A stretch of 64,000 bases of DNA from assembly GCF_009914755.1 (NCBI RefSeq), contig NC_060930.1. One strand, 5' to 3'. The translations under genes were made by a program, and so were the position numbers. Below, piece by piece: positions 47,240-61,243 of this stretch. The stretch is from the human T2T-CHM13v2.0 reference genome, Homo sapiens. The notes under the pieces were generated by a model. That model saw only the letters and a program-made list of their open reading frames with translations, made no database searches and was not told the origin of the DNA. Positions within the stretch are counted from its first letter, which is position 1. The number at the start of each line of letters is the position of its first letter.

Positions 47240-50115
47240 TCATACAAGGGTGCCCACTCTCAGAACTTCTATTCAACATAGTACTGGATGTCCTAGCCAG
47301 AGCAATTAGGCAAAAGAAAGAAATAAAAGGCATGAAAATTGGAAAGGAAGAAGTTAAATTGTTTCTGTTTGCAGTTGACATGATCTTATATATAGAAAAC
47401 ACCAATAACTCTGCCAAAAAATTTAGAATTCATAAATGAATTTAGTAAAGTTGCAGGATACAATGTGAACATACAAAATTCAGTAGCATTTCTACACATC
47501 AACAACAAACTATACAAAAAAAGAAATCAAGAAAACAATCCTATTTATAATAGCAACAAAAAATACTTAGATGTAAATTTAAACAAAGAGGTGAATGATC
47601 TTTACACTGAAAACTACAAAACATTGATGAAAACAATTGAAGAAGCCACAAATAAATGGAAAGATATCTCATGTTCATGGATTGGAAAAAGTAATATGTT
47701 TGAAATGTCCATACTATCCAAAGTGATGTACATATTGAATGCAATCTCTATCAAAATTCCTATGACATTTTCCCACAGAAATAGAAAAACAACTCTCAAA
47801 TCTGTATGGAATCACAAAAAACTCTGAAAAGCCAAAATAATCTTGATCGAAAAAAGCAAGGCAGGAGATATCACATTACCTGACTTCAAATTATACTACA
47901 TAGCTATAGCAATCGAAACACCATGGTACTGGCATAAACGCAGACACATAGACCAATTACACAGAATAAAGAGCCCATAAATAAATCTACATATTATAGT
48001 CAATTGACTTTCAACAAAGGTGCCAGGAACACACATGGGGAAAGAACAGTCTCTTCAAAAAATGGTGTTGAGAAAACTGAATGTCCACAAGATTGATCTT
48101 AGGCCCTTATTTCATACCATATAAAAATATAAATTCAAAATAAGTTAGACTTAAATGTAAGACCTAGCACTATAGAACTCCTAGAAGAAAACAGGGGAAT
48201 AACTCCAAGACATTGGTCTGGGCAATAATATTTTATGATATGACTCTAAAGCACAGGCAAGAAAAGCAACAAAACACAAATGGAATAGCATCAACCTAAA
48301 AAGCTTCTGCGCAGCAAAAGAAAGTCAACAGAGTGAAGTGATAACCTACAAAATGGGAGGAATTATCTGCAAACTATACATTTGATAAGAGGCTAATGTC
48401 CAAAATATCTTAGGAACTCAAACAACACAATAATAAGAAAACAAGGAACCCTAATGAAAAATTGACAAAGGATCTAAATAGACATTTCTCAAAAGAAGAC
48501 ATACAAATGGCCAACAGATATATAAAAATGCTAATTATCACTGATCATCAGAGAAATGCATATTAAAACTACAATAAAATGCCATTTCACATCCGTTAGA
48601 ATGGCTGTTACAGAAAAGGCAGAAGATACCAAGTGTTGGAGAGGATGTGGAGAAAAGGAAAACCTTGTAATTGTTGAGAATGTAAACTATTTCAGCCATT
48701 GTAAAAGACAGTATAAGTGATTCTGTAAAAATAGAATTACCATATGATTCAGTAATGCTATTTCTGGGCATATATTAAAAAGATATCAAATCAGTGTGTC
48801 AATGAGTTATCTGTACTCCCATATTTATTGTAGCATTATTCACAACAGCCAAGATGTGGAATTAACTTAAGTATCCATCGACACATGAGTGGATGAAGAA
48901 AATGTGGTACACATACACAATAGAATAGTATACAACCTTAAAAAATAAAAAAAGTATCATTTGTGACAACATGAATGAACCGGGAGGACATTATACTGAG
49001 TAAAATAATCCAGGCACAGAAAGCCAGATACTGCATAATCTCACTTGTATGTGGAGGTCTAAGAAGGCTGAACACATAGAAGTACAGAGTAGAATGATGG
49101 TTACCAGGAGGATTGGGTAGATGTTGGTCAAAGGGTACAAAATTGCATTGTACAGGAGGAATGAATTCAACAGATCTATTGTGCAATATGGTGACTATAG
49201 TGGATAACAATGTATTGTTTTTAAATTTAATTTTTGTGGGTACATAGCAGGTGTATACATTTATGGGGTACATGAAATATTTTGGTACAGGCATGCAATG
49301 TACAATAAGTGCATAATGGAAAATTGGATATTCATCCCCTCAAGCATTTATTATTTGTGTTATAAACAATCCAATTATACTCTTTCAGTTATTTTTAAAT
49401 GTATAATTGAATTTTAGACTGCAATCCCCCTGTTGTGCTATCAAATACTAGGTCTTATTAAATCTTTCTTTTTTTGTACCCATTAACCATCCCCCACCTC
49501 TCCCAACCCCCACTACCCTTCACAGCCTCTGGTATACTTCCTTCTACTCTCTATCTCCATGAGTTCAGTTGTTTGCTTTTTGGATTCCACATATAAGTGA
49601 TAACACATAGTATTTGTCTTTTTGTGCCTGGCTTATTTCACTTAACATAATGACCTCCAGTTTCATCTATGTTGTTGCAAATGACAGGGTCTCATTCCTT
49701 TTTATGGCTGAATAATACTTCATTGTATATAAGTACCACATTTTCTTTATTCATTCATCTGTTGATGGACACTTAGGTTGACTCCATAACTTCGCTATTG
49801 TAAATAGTGCTGCAACAAATACGGGAGTGCAGATATCTCTTCGATATACTGATTTCTTTTTTGGGGGGTATATATGCAGCAGTGGGATTGCTGGACCACA
49901 TGGTAGCTCTATTTTTACTTTTTTGAGGAGCCTTCAAACTGTTCTCCATAGGGGATGTACTTGTATTCTTCAAAATTGCTAAGAGTAGATTTTTAAGTGT
50001 TCTCATAAAAAAAGATAAGCATGTAAGGTAATGCATATGTTAGCTTAACATGGCTATTTTACAATGAATATATATTTCAAAACATATAATTTTATTTATC
50101 TGATAAAATAAATAT
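47240..50115 (+). mobile_element. L1MA ORF2/3'UTR, interrupted by an antisense L1MA
   Basis: [38 protein letters not shown] and KWKDISCSWIG; 3'UTR resumes at ~49960 (AAAATTGCTAAGAGTAGATTTT). Confidence 0.85.
49218..49960 (-). mobile_element. L1MA2/3-like 3' end nested in the opposite orientation
   Basis: GTGGGTACATAGCAGGTGTATACATTTATGGGGTACATG, CATCCCCTCAAGCATTTA, AAACAATCCAATTATACTC. Confidence 0.85.
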
Positions 50116-50899
50116 AAAATATGAAACTTTATATTAATAAATTTGACAATCATAAGGAATGGTCAAGTTCCTATGAAAAATACCTACTTTTATGAAATGA
50201 TCAGAAAAAAACTAGAAAAACTGAGTAGTTTTTTTTTCATTGTAGAAATTTTATTTAGAAAATTTTTTTTTCCTGTAGAAAGAACTCCAGGGCTAGGTGG
50301 ATGCAATATTTAATAAAGAAATATTACCAAATATTTAATAAAGAAATAATGCCAATGTTACATGAATATTTTTAGAGAATTGGGAAGACATAACACTTTC
50401 CAACTTGTTTTATATGGTGGTACCTCCATGATAGTAAAACCATACAAGGATATTAAAAGAAATGAAATTACAGACTAATATACTACATAATAATTCTAAA
50501 CAAAAATGTTTGCAAATATAATCCAACAATATACTCCAAAGAAAAATACATCGTGACTAAGTGCAGTAATTTCAAGAATGTATGGTTTAAAATTAGAAAA
50601 CCAAACAATGAAATTAACCACATTAACTGAATAAAAGAAAAAAATATGGTTATTTCAATAGCTGTGGGAAAAGCACTTGTTCACATTTGAAACTATTTGT
50701 AATAATAACAAACTAGGAATAGAAGAGAACTGATGTAAATATCTTAATATATACACAAAAACTACTCTCAACATTATAAATAATCATGACATATTAAACA
50801 GTTTCATTCTAACATGAGGAACAAGGTACACATGTCCAGCTCAACACTTTATTCATCATTAAAATAATACTGTGCAGTAAAATTAACAAGGAAAATTTT

Positions 50900-51930
50900 A
50901 AAAAGAACACAAAAGAAAACTACAAATCCTTATCCCTGATCAACACAGATGTAAAAATACTCAACAAAATTCTAGCAAACTGAAGCTAACAACACATCAA
51001 AAAGATAATTCATCATGATCAAGTGGGCTTTATTCCAGGGGTGCTTGAATGGTTCAAAATAGACAAATCAATAAACATGATTCACCACATAAATGGAACT
51101 GAGAACAAAAACCCTATGATCATCTCATTAGATGCAGAATAAGCATTTGATAAAATCCAACATCTGTTTATGATAAAAACCCTCAACAATATAGGTATAG
51201 ATGGAGTATACCTCAAAAAATGAGTCATCTATGACAAAGCCACAGCCAACATCATCCTGGATGGGCAAAAGTTAGAAGTGTTGCTTCTAGAAACTGGAAA
51301 AAAGCAAGGATGTTCACCTTCATCATTCCTATTCAATACAGTACTGGAAGTGCTAGCCAGAACTATCAGAAAGGAGAAAGAAATAAAAGGTATACAAATT
51401 AGAAAAGAAGTCAAATGATCTCTGCTCACTGATGACATGACTGTAGGCCTAGAAAACCCTAAAGTCTTCAGAAGACTCCTAGACTTGATACACGACTTCA
51501 GTAAAGTCTTGGGATAAACAAGCCACAAAAATCAGTTGTATTTCTATACACCAAATACATTCAAGCTGTTTGAATGTTTGTTGAGATTAATTTGTTGAGA
51601 ACCAAATTAAGAACTCAACTGAATTTACAATAGCCATGAAAAATACCTAGGAATGCATAACTATATAAATGAAAGATCTCTACAAGGAGAACTACAAAAT
51701 ACTAATGAAAGAAATTATAGATGACATAAACAAATGGAAAAACATCCCATGCTCATGGATTAGAAAAATCAATAGCTAAAGTGACCATATCACCCATACA
51801 ATCTATAGAGTTAATGCAATTCCCATCAAATTACCAACGTTATTTCTCACAAAATTAAAAAAAAATCCTAAAGTTCACATGGAGCCAAAAAAAGATCCCT
51901 AATAGCCAAAGCACTTCTAAGCAAAAAACA
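50900..51930 (+). mobile_element. L1 (L1PB/L1P4-like) ORF2 RT fragment within older L1ME sequence (~50120-52570)
   Basis: CATGATCAAGTGGGCTTTATTCCAGGG, GCATTTGATAAAATCCAACATC, AAACAAATGGAAAAACATCCCATGCTCATGG. Confidence 0.8.
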
Positions 51931-52593
51931 AAGCAAAACAAAACAAAGCCCCCAGAGCAAAAGACAAATATGGTTCCTACAAATGAAGACCAATGGTAAT
52001 GCTTATCTGTTCGTGGTAGAAGTGTAAATTGGTAGGATTGTTAAAAAAAATAGTGTAGCATTTCATGGTAATGTTGAATAACTCAATAATTTTACTTTTA
52101 AATATATACCCCAGAGGATATCTTGCACATATGAACCAGGTGATTTACAAAAGAATGTTCATAGCAGCATTGTTTGTAATGGTTAAAAACTGGAAAAATT
52201 TCAAGTGTTCATCAACAATAGATCTGAGGAATGAAGTCTGACATATTCTTGTAGTGGAATATCATATAGCAATACGAATGGATGAATTACACCAACATTC
52301 AACAAGGTTGTAATATGCAAACTTATTATTGAATCAAGGTGAAAGTACCTTCTGATAAAGGTGAAAGAACTTCTACAAAATAATTTCATTTATATAAGTT
52401 TCAAAGAACCAAACTAAATAATGCATCACTTGAGAACCATTAAAGTCTATTAAAAAACACATACAATGCAATGGAAGGACAGTGGTCATATCCAGCAGGA
52501 AATAAAGGAGAACACAATTGGCAAGGAGCACCCAATGGGCGTCTAAGGCACTAGTAAAGTTCTATTTTGTTTCCAATCCTCCAAGACATCTAG

Positions 52594-52742
52594 TTTTTTT
52601 ATTTTTCTGAGACATGGTGGCCCAGGCTGGAGTACGATAGTGTGATCTTGGCTCACTGCAACCTGTGTCCTGGGCTTAAGTGATCCTCCCACCTCGGCCT
52701 CCCAAAGTACTGGGATTACAGGTGTGAGCCACCATGGCCGGC
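52594..52742 (-). mobile_element. Monomeric Alu (FAM/FRAM-like, or intra-Alu recombinant)
   Basis: Right-arm-type GCCCAGGCTGGAGT..GCTCACTGCAACC runs directly into left-arm-type CCTCCCAAAGTACTGGGATTACAGG. Confidence 0.8.
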
Positions 52743-53242
52743 AAATGTTCTATTTCATATCCTGTATGGTGGACACATAGATGTTCTCTTTTTTATTATT
52801 CCTTGAACACTAAGTATATGTTTTTTTATATTCTCTGTGGAATACCTCCTTATTTCTCAGTCAATTCAGGATACCTCCTTACCCCCATCCCCTTTTTACT
52901 TTTCGTCATGTCATATAGTTTCTGAAATATAGAAAAGCTTACATATTATCCTGTCATCAAAGCGGCATGGAGGCATTTGGTAGAATAAATATTATTTGTT
53001 GATTATTCATCCTTTCCTTTCACTTTACAGAGTCAATCAAACACCAGGTCATGTTAATTTTACTGTCACGCACATATCTTGAATTTGCCTCCTTATCTCT
53101 ATTTCCACTATTCAGTTCAGACCTTGATAATCACTCATCTGCATTGTAGTTGCATTTTTCTAATTATTCTGTTTCTAGTCTTGTTCTAAAATCTTTTTTC
53201 CTCCCACAATGCAGCTGGAGTGGTCAATTTAAAGCATCATCT

Positions 53243-53518
53243 ATCTCAAGAACAAAAAACCAAACACCGCATGTTTTCACTCATAGGTGGGACTTGAACA
53301 ATGAGAACACTTGGACACAGGAAGGGGAATATCACACACCGCGGCCTGTTGTGGGGTGGGGGGAGAGGGGAGGGATAGCATTAGGAGATATACCTAATGT
53401 AAATGATGAGTTAATGGGTGCAGCACACCAACACGGCACATGTATACATATGTAACCTGCACGTTGTGCACATGTACCCTAGAACTTAAAGTATAATAAA
53501 AATAAATATTAAAAAAAG
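53243..53518 (+). mobile_element. 5'-truncated L1PA (PA5-like) inserted in an L2 (~53000-54015)
   Basis: Canonical L1 3'UTR and poly-A; TSD AAGCATCATCT at 53232-53242 and 53519-53529. Confidence 0.92.
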
Positions 53519-54949
53519 AAGCATCATCTTTATTAAAACATTTAACGGTCCTACTATTCCTTATGCTATAAATTTCTTATAATTTAATAAATATTTTTCC
53601 GTAATTGTGACTCTCTTCTATAGCTCTTGTTACTCCCGATATTCTTCTAATTATCAGGCAGCAGCACAAAGCTGCTTACACCTCTTTACACATCTCTTTA
53701 TTTTAGGCCTCCTTGCATTTGCTCATGCTGTGCCTTTTTGTTTGAAAAACTTACACATTTCTTCATTTGGTTAATCCTTGCACACTTTCAAGACTCATTT
53801 GAGGCCTCATTGACTTTGGAAACCTTCCCTGTAATCTTGTATTATTAACTTATCTTAGTTTTCACTTATTAGCTCTTATTAGATTACTGTCCTTACGTGT
53901 GTAACTCTCCCACTAGACAGTAAGCTTTTGGACGGCAGAGATGATGTCTCATTCATCTTTGCATCTTTAGCGCCCAGCCTGGTTTCTGGTTTCCTATAGT
54001 CACTCAGTGTTGAGCTAAACCATATTTTTGGAGCAATGACTTGACAATGCAGTATCATGATGGAACTATCACAGATGGACAGAATGAGTCTCTTGATTCC
54101 TACATTTATTTTTCTATTGATATAGCTGATTTAAAAAGAAACCTGTTAATTATATAATCATGTAATTACCCTGACATAACATCAAACTCCATAAATTACT
54201 TTCCATCTCTGCCTCTCTCTCTTTCTATATATATAACATATACATGTTACAAAAATGCACAGGGAATAAATATGAGCAAAATGGTAAGAAGTGCAGGTCC
54301 TAGGTCAGATTTCTTGCATTTAGTTGCAGGCTACACCAACTTTAGAGAAAAGATTTAGTGAAAAATAAAAATGAATCATTAATACACCACTTGGCACAGA
54401 TAAGTTATTCAGTAAACATTAACATATGTGCATTTATGTTTAACCATGGGTTTAAGTGATTATCCAGAAATTTCCCTCTCTTTGACTATGTTTGAATATT
54501 AGATACTTCTTAATTTATCTTTGCTCTGAATTTGTTTTTTTTCACTCGTTGTATACTCATGGACCATTTTATGTGTTTCAGGAATTGATATTTTACTTAA
54601 AAACTGTTACTATAGAAAATTAACTTTTGGATAGTCCTGTTCAGACTAAAACTATCATTTGTAAGATCTGTATTACTGCAATCATTGGTGTTAATACTTT
54701 GCATTAATTAAAATTTTTTATGGACATATAATAAGTATTTCTCCCACCTTGATTTTTGTGGCTATCATTTTATTCATTCCATTGCTTTTTTCTCCCAGTT
54801 TGCTATGAGGAAGTTGATAAGTACGTAGGCAAAACGATAGATTGTTTTGGCAGCTTCAGTGTATTTAAGTGCCTGTGATGAGGCTATGGTTTATTTTTCT
54901 AATGTAGAATTCATAATGTAGAATAAATTTTAAAAACATAAATTTTATT

Positions 54950-55018
54950 CCTGCACATTGTGCACATGTACCCTAGAACTTAAAGTATGATAAAAATATA
55001 CATATATAACAAATTAAT
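54950..55018 (+). mobile_element. Ultra-short L1PA 3' terminus
   Basis: CCTGCACATTGTGCACATGTACCCTAGAACTTAAAGTAT plus A-rich tail; TSD AACATAAATTT at 54935 and 55019. Confidence 0.8.
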
Positions 55019-58000
55019 AACATAAATTTCTTTGCACAGCTTTTTCTTTCTGCTATTTTTATTCAATGATTATTTGCTTCCCTTGTTATTTAAGAGCTGA
55101 CTTTTGGCTTCATGGCCAAAAATAAAATTCTTAGTAGGAGAAAGTAAATGTGATTTACTGATGAAGATGCCACCCCCAAGTGACCCATTAACCACTTTCC
55201 CTGCGTTACCCTGGGACAACCAAAGTGATTCCAGGAGACAATTCCCATGACAAGTGATTTCTGGCTGGCAATGCCAGGTCTCTGAAGTTCCACTTGGCCA
55301 CTGCCCAAGAACAATTAGTGCCGTTAGTTAACTACCTTTACTATGACAGCATTTTGTGTAACTCTTTGCACAGGGGAGTTTTATGCAACAGACAGAAACT
55401 TTCTGAGTTGTTCTGATTGCCTGAAGATGCCCTGTTTTAGAGGAGCAAAATTTTCCCTGTTTACTGTGTTTCAGTGTTAAAAATATGAATGCATTGTCAG
55501 GATTAGCTCTGACAATGGTAGTTAAATGCAGATATCCAGACAAAGGAGATTATAGATTGGAGACTTTGTGCTACTTGATAATGAAGCCTTGGTTTTGATT
55601 TTATTTATTTTTAAGTTGAAAAACAAAACACACACACACAATACAAAACATGGCACAAAACAAACTTATAGTTTGATTTTTGTAAACATCCCTGTAATCA
55701 TCACATAAGTCAAGATATAGGACTTTGCCAGCCCTGAAGTCCTGCATGTGACTCTCCTCAATTGCAGCCACCTTTCTCCTGAAAAGTGACGATAAACATG
55801 ACTGTTCCAATAGAGGCGTCCTTGCATTTTCACGGCTGTGTCCTTCATGTATGCATTCCAAGACACTATGATTTAGTCTTGCCCATTTTTTTTCATTTGT
55901 CGTGTTTTTAAAATCCCTTCTAACATACACGTTTCTTTTCAAAGTTTTCTTTCCCATACAATATATTTGTTGAAAAATGTGGGATTTTTGTCACTTGATG
56001 TCCACACTGTGAAATTTGCTGGTTAGACTCTCAGTGAAGATCGACATTTTCACTATCCTTTGCATTTTATCCAAATGACAGTTGAATCCAGAGGTTTGAC
56101 TAGGACACGTGCTTGATTCTATTTTTGGTAAGATTGTAGGTGATGGTGTGTTCATTCACCAGGAGGTTTAATTATGGCTTTTATCTTAGCACCTACTACT
56201 ACTTTCTACTAACACCTGTTAATACAAAGAAAGTTAATATTTTCTACTAGCACCTGTTAATCCTCAATATGTACATGTAGGATATGTATAGACACACGTG
56301 TGTCTATGCATATAATATATAATATGTACATATTATATATTTTTTAAGAGAAGGAAAGAGCATGTGAGAGAGCACATTGTATATTTATGTTGATAATACT
56401 GATTCTAATGTAACTCAGTGGGCTGCTTCTTTCCTTGTCTTATTCCATATCTGTATCTCTGTCCTTTCACAGTGAGAATCTGGGGTTCTAGCAATACAAA
56501 TATATTAATATTTACTCATTGGCTTAATCTTACAATGCACATACATTTGTTTCAGAATTGTTATATTTATACTAATATAAAAAGAAAAAATCCTATCATG
56601 AAGATTTAATAATTTTTTGCAGATATTTTATTTTTTCAAGCAATAGTATGTAGTCAAAGTATGTTCAAAAGTCAATTTGAAATAAGAGAACAGTCAAAAA
56701 TTAATCAGATTAATTATTATTTTCCCCTTAAGTTTGATTATGTCATTCATTCATTTGAAATATATTTGGATTCACTTGTTTCTCATTGCATTCCGTTTTA
56801 GAGTCTTGTAATAACTTATCTTTGCTTGCTTAATATCACACTTTGAGAGTGTAAAAGATTAACTTAATTAAAAATGTACAATTATGCACAAAAGCATTCA
56901 CAGAGCAATATCCCATTCTCCCATATTTCTTTCACCAAATTCCCCTCTAATTCTTTATAGATAATACATGTTTTCAGATTCTGGTACATTTTGGCTACAT
57001 TTGTTTGTTTCATGCTTGTATTTTTGGTGTATTATCTAAGAATGCATTGCCAATCCACAGCAATGTTTTATTTCCATGTTTTCTTCTAAGCATGTATGGT
57101 TTTCACTCGTATATTTACATTATTGATCCAATCTAGATTTTGTATATAATGTGAGGTAGGGGTCCAGCTTCATTTTTTTTGCATATGAATATTCAGTATT
57201 CCCAGCACTTTTTGTTGAAAAAGCTATTATTCCCCACTGAATAATGTTGGCTCCCTTGTAAAAAAAAGTCAGCTGAATAGAGATGTTTTGCTTAGTCTAT
57301 GTAAAAGTATATTAATTTTATTGATATTTTAAAAGAACCAACTTTTAGTTTTGTTGATCTCTGTATAATTTTTTAATTCTCAATTTCATTTATCTCTGCT
57401 CTAATCTTTATTTCCTTCCTTCTGCTAGCTCTGGATTTTGTTTGCTCTTCCTTTTATGGTTTATTGAGTAAAGTTTGGTTATTGATTTGACATGTTTCTT
57501 TTTTAAAATGTAGGTGTTACAACTCTGAGCACTGCTTTTGATATATCACACCCATCTTGTTATATCTTTGTTTTCAATCGTCTCTAAACATTTTCTAATT
57601 TCCCTCATGATTTGTTCTTTGATTCATTGGTTGGTAAATACTGTGTTGTTTAATTTCCAAATATTTGTAAATTTTCTAGTTTTTCTTTTGTTATTGATAT
57701 CTTATTTCATTCCATTGTGGTCAGTGAAGATACTTTGCATGATTTCAATCTTTTTAAGTTTATTGAGCTTATCTTATGGCCTAACATATCATCTGTGCTG
57801 GAGAATGTTCCATGTTCACTTGAGAAGAATGTGTATTCTGCAGTTTTTGAGAGAAGTGTTATCTATAGTTATTGCTTATAGTTTTATTCAAATCCTCTAA
57901 TTCCTCCCTTGATATTTGCTCTGGATGTTTTGTCCTTTATTAAAGTTGGGTTTTAAAATGCCCAACAATTTTCGTGGAATTGTCTGTCTCTCCCTTTAAT

Positions 58001-58943
58001 TCTCTCAATGGTTACATTATATATTTTGGAGCCCTGTTAGTTGGTGTACATATATTTATAATTGTTATATCTTCTTGTTTAATTTTGAAATCAATATATA
58101 CTGTTCTTTGTATTTTGTAACAGTTTTTGACTTAAAGTCTATTTTGTCTGATATAAGTATATTTGCCTCAGATCTCCTTTGGTTATTACTTACATGGAAT
58201 ATTTTCTCCCATCCTTTCATTTCAACTCATTGTGTATTTTGATCTAAAGTGAGTATCTTGTGGACAATATAGTTGGATCATTTTTTAAAAATCCATTCTG
58301 TCAATCTCTTTCTTTGGATTGGAGAGTTTAATTCATTTGTATTTAATGTAATTACTGATAAAGAGGGGCTTACTCCTACCATTTTGCTTTTGTTTTCTGT
58401 ATGTCTTATACCTCCTTTGTTCCTAATTTCCTCAATTATCGCCTTCTTTTGTGTTTAGTTGCTATTTTGTAGCATATCACTGTGTTTACCCTCTGCTTTC
58501 CTTTTCTGTATTTTCAAAAGATATTAACTTAGTGGTTACCATGGGGATTTACAATTAACATTCTTAATTTGGAACAATTTAGAGTAAATTGAAACAACTT
58601 CAATAGTATACAAAATCTCTATTATTATTTAGTTTCCTATGAATTTCTTTATGTTGGTAATTTCACAAACCACATCTTTATATATCATGCTTCATTAACA
58701 TAGATTTATAGTCATTATTTTACACATTTGTTTTAAAACATATAGAATATTTAAAAAGACTTACAAAAAATATGATAATTGCTTTTATATTTACCTATGT
58801 AGTTATCCTTACTGGAGTTATTTCTTTATGTGGTTTTGAGTTACTTTCTAGTGTTTTTTAGTTTGTATCTGAAGGAGTCTTTTTTTTTAAAAGTGTATCT
58901 TGAAGTACAGCCTACCAAACATGAACTTTTAAAGCTTGCTTGC

Positions 58944-59026
58944 TTTTCTTTCTTTCTTTTCTTTCTTTTTCTTTCTTTATTTCTTTCTTTCTTTTTTCTT
59001 TCTTTCTTTCTTTCTTTCTTTCTTTT

Positions 59027-59082
<56 letters not shown>

Positions 59083-59150
59083 TTTCTTTCTCTCCCTTTC
59101 TTTCTCTCTCTTCTTTCTTTCTTTCTCTTTCTCTCTCTCTCTTTTTTTTT
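58944..59150. repeat. (TTTC)n / CT-rich microsatellite
   Basis: About 200 bp nearly pure pyrimidine tract. Confidence 0.95.
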
Positions 59151-59254
59151 AATCTGGGAATGTGTAATTTATCCTTAATACTTGAAGGGGCATCTTCCAA
59201 GTTACAGAATTTTTGGTTGACAGTGTTTTTTTCTTTCAGAACTTTAAAATGTCA

Positions 59255-59432
59255 TTCTAAGCTCTTCTGGCACCCATGGTTTATAATGAGCTCTCTGCTG
59301 TCAAACTTACGGAGGATCCTTTGTAAATGATGCATTGCCTTTTTCCTAAGCTCTTCTGACATCCATGGATTATAATGCACTATCTGCTGTCAAACTTATT
59401 GAGGATCCTTTGTAAATGACGCGTTGCCTTTC
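59255..59432. repeat. Two-copy 89-bp tandem duplication
   Basis: CTAAGCTCTTCTG...TCTGCTGTCAAACTTA..GAGGATCCTTTGTAAATGA at 59257 and 59346. Confidence 0.88.
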
Positions 59433-61243
59433 TCTTGCTGCTTTCAAACATTCGCTTTGCCTTTTGACAATTTGAAACATAGTGTGTCTTGGTGTGAATA
59501 TCTTTGTATATTTCCTTGATGAAGTTCACTGAGCTTTTTGAATGTGTATATTTGTTTTTAGTGAAATTTGGGAAGCTTTCAAACACATTTCTTCAAATAG
59601 TCTTCCTGCCCCTCACTCCCCACCAGGATTCTGTATGTAGGCATTCTTGATGTTGTTACACAGGTCTTTAGGCTCTATTCTTTTTTGTTGTCATTCTTTC
59701 ATTTTCCTGCTCTTCAGACTGAATCATTTCACTTGATCTATCAAGTTCACTGATTCTTTTTTCCAGCTGCTCAAATCTTCTATTGGAACCCTAAGTAAAA
59801 AGTAACTTTTTAATTAGTTATTGTACTTTTCAGCCTCAGAATTTTTTTGTACCTTTTAAAAAATTCATATTTCTTATTTATTTATATGTCATTCTCTTGG
59901 GTTTCTTTAGCTCTTTAAGTTTATTTAAGACAGTTATATAAAGTTTTTGTCTAATATTTCCAATATCTGCTTACTCAGGGAGAGTCTCATTTATTTCTTC
60001 TGTAAATGGGCCATAGTTTTGTGTTTATTTGCATGCTTCTTAATTTTTGTTGAAAACTGGACATTTTGGATATTATAATGTGTTTATTCTGGAAACCAAA
60101 TTTTTCCCTTCTTCAAGGTTATTTTTGTTACCCACTGTGGGATGTAGTTTTTATTTGTTTAGTAACTTTTGTAAACTGGTTTTGTAATATCTGCATTCTT
60201 TTTTATGTTTGATGTTTGAAGGCGGCTCGGTTCCTTTAGCTTGTGTTCATTTAGCATTTAGTGATTTAAAAATGATTTCCTTGACTGCAAGGAGCCAAAA
60301 AAGAAAAAAATATGAAAAACATCTCCCAGACTTTGCTTACTGACTCTGTATTGGGGCTCCCTCAACACTTAGCGGAGCCATATATAATTCTGCCTTAGCC
60401 TTCATTTTTTCTTGCTGTGAGCCTAGGAATTACTAAAGGTGAGTTATTAGTGTCTTCTCAGGCCTTTTCTGAGCATGTGTCCCACCTTGGCCATGCTTAT
60501 GGATTTCCAAATTTTTCATTGTATGTAAGCACTTTTGAGTATTCGAATTTCCCAAAGGAACTTTCTCTCCTGCTTTTTCCTCAAGTTTTCAGTACAGTAT
60601 ATCTTGCCTCAATTGTAATATTTTGCCTCAAATGGCTGAGGGTTGTTAATTTGCCTTTGGATGATCTGATTTCTAAAGGTTTGGTGGAATTCTCTGTGAA
60701 AACATCTAAACCTAGTGTTTGTGTGTGTGTTATAATTCCATGACAACTGTATTTCTCTATGGAAATTGCTCACATAAGTGCTGTACTTCTTTTTTTTTTT
60801 TTTGAAGTCAATTGTGGTGAATTGTATTTTTCTGGAAAATTACCCATTCCCTCTAGCTTTCAATGTTTTTCATAGATGTGAACAACATTGTTTTTAATGA
60901 TTTTTTATTTGCTGATTATCAATAGTTATTTCTCTCACCATTCCTTATTCATTTTTGTGCTTTCTCTTTTTTTATTCATGATTAAAAGATCTAATTTTTT
61001 GTCAACTTTGTTGATTTGTTTAAAGAACAAGATTTTTGGTTTACTGATTTGATCTGTTTTTTGGCTTCTTATTTTATTAATTTTCACTTTTTTCTACTAT
61101 GGGTTCTTTCTTGTACTTTCTGCTTACTCTTTTATATACTTTTTACATTTTTCAGCTGATAATTTAATTCCTACACTTTTATTAATAAATGTGTTAAGGC
61201 TATAGATTTTCCTCTGATCACTGCTTTAACTATATCCCATATA

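Larger units (their letters stand above)
57000..60650 (-). mobile_element. Old L1M remnants (ORF2 5' part, ORF1)
   Basis: GAGAATGTTCCATGTTCACTTGAGAAGAATGTGTATTCTG, CTTAAAGTCTATTTTGTCTGATAT, ATCAAGTTCACTGATTC. Confidence 0.7.

Noticed and set aside
58830-59330. F/L/S-rich and K/E/R-rich ORFs
   Set aside because: Translations of the (TTTC)n microsatellite.
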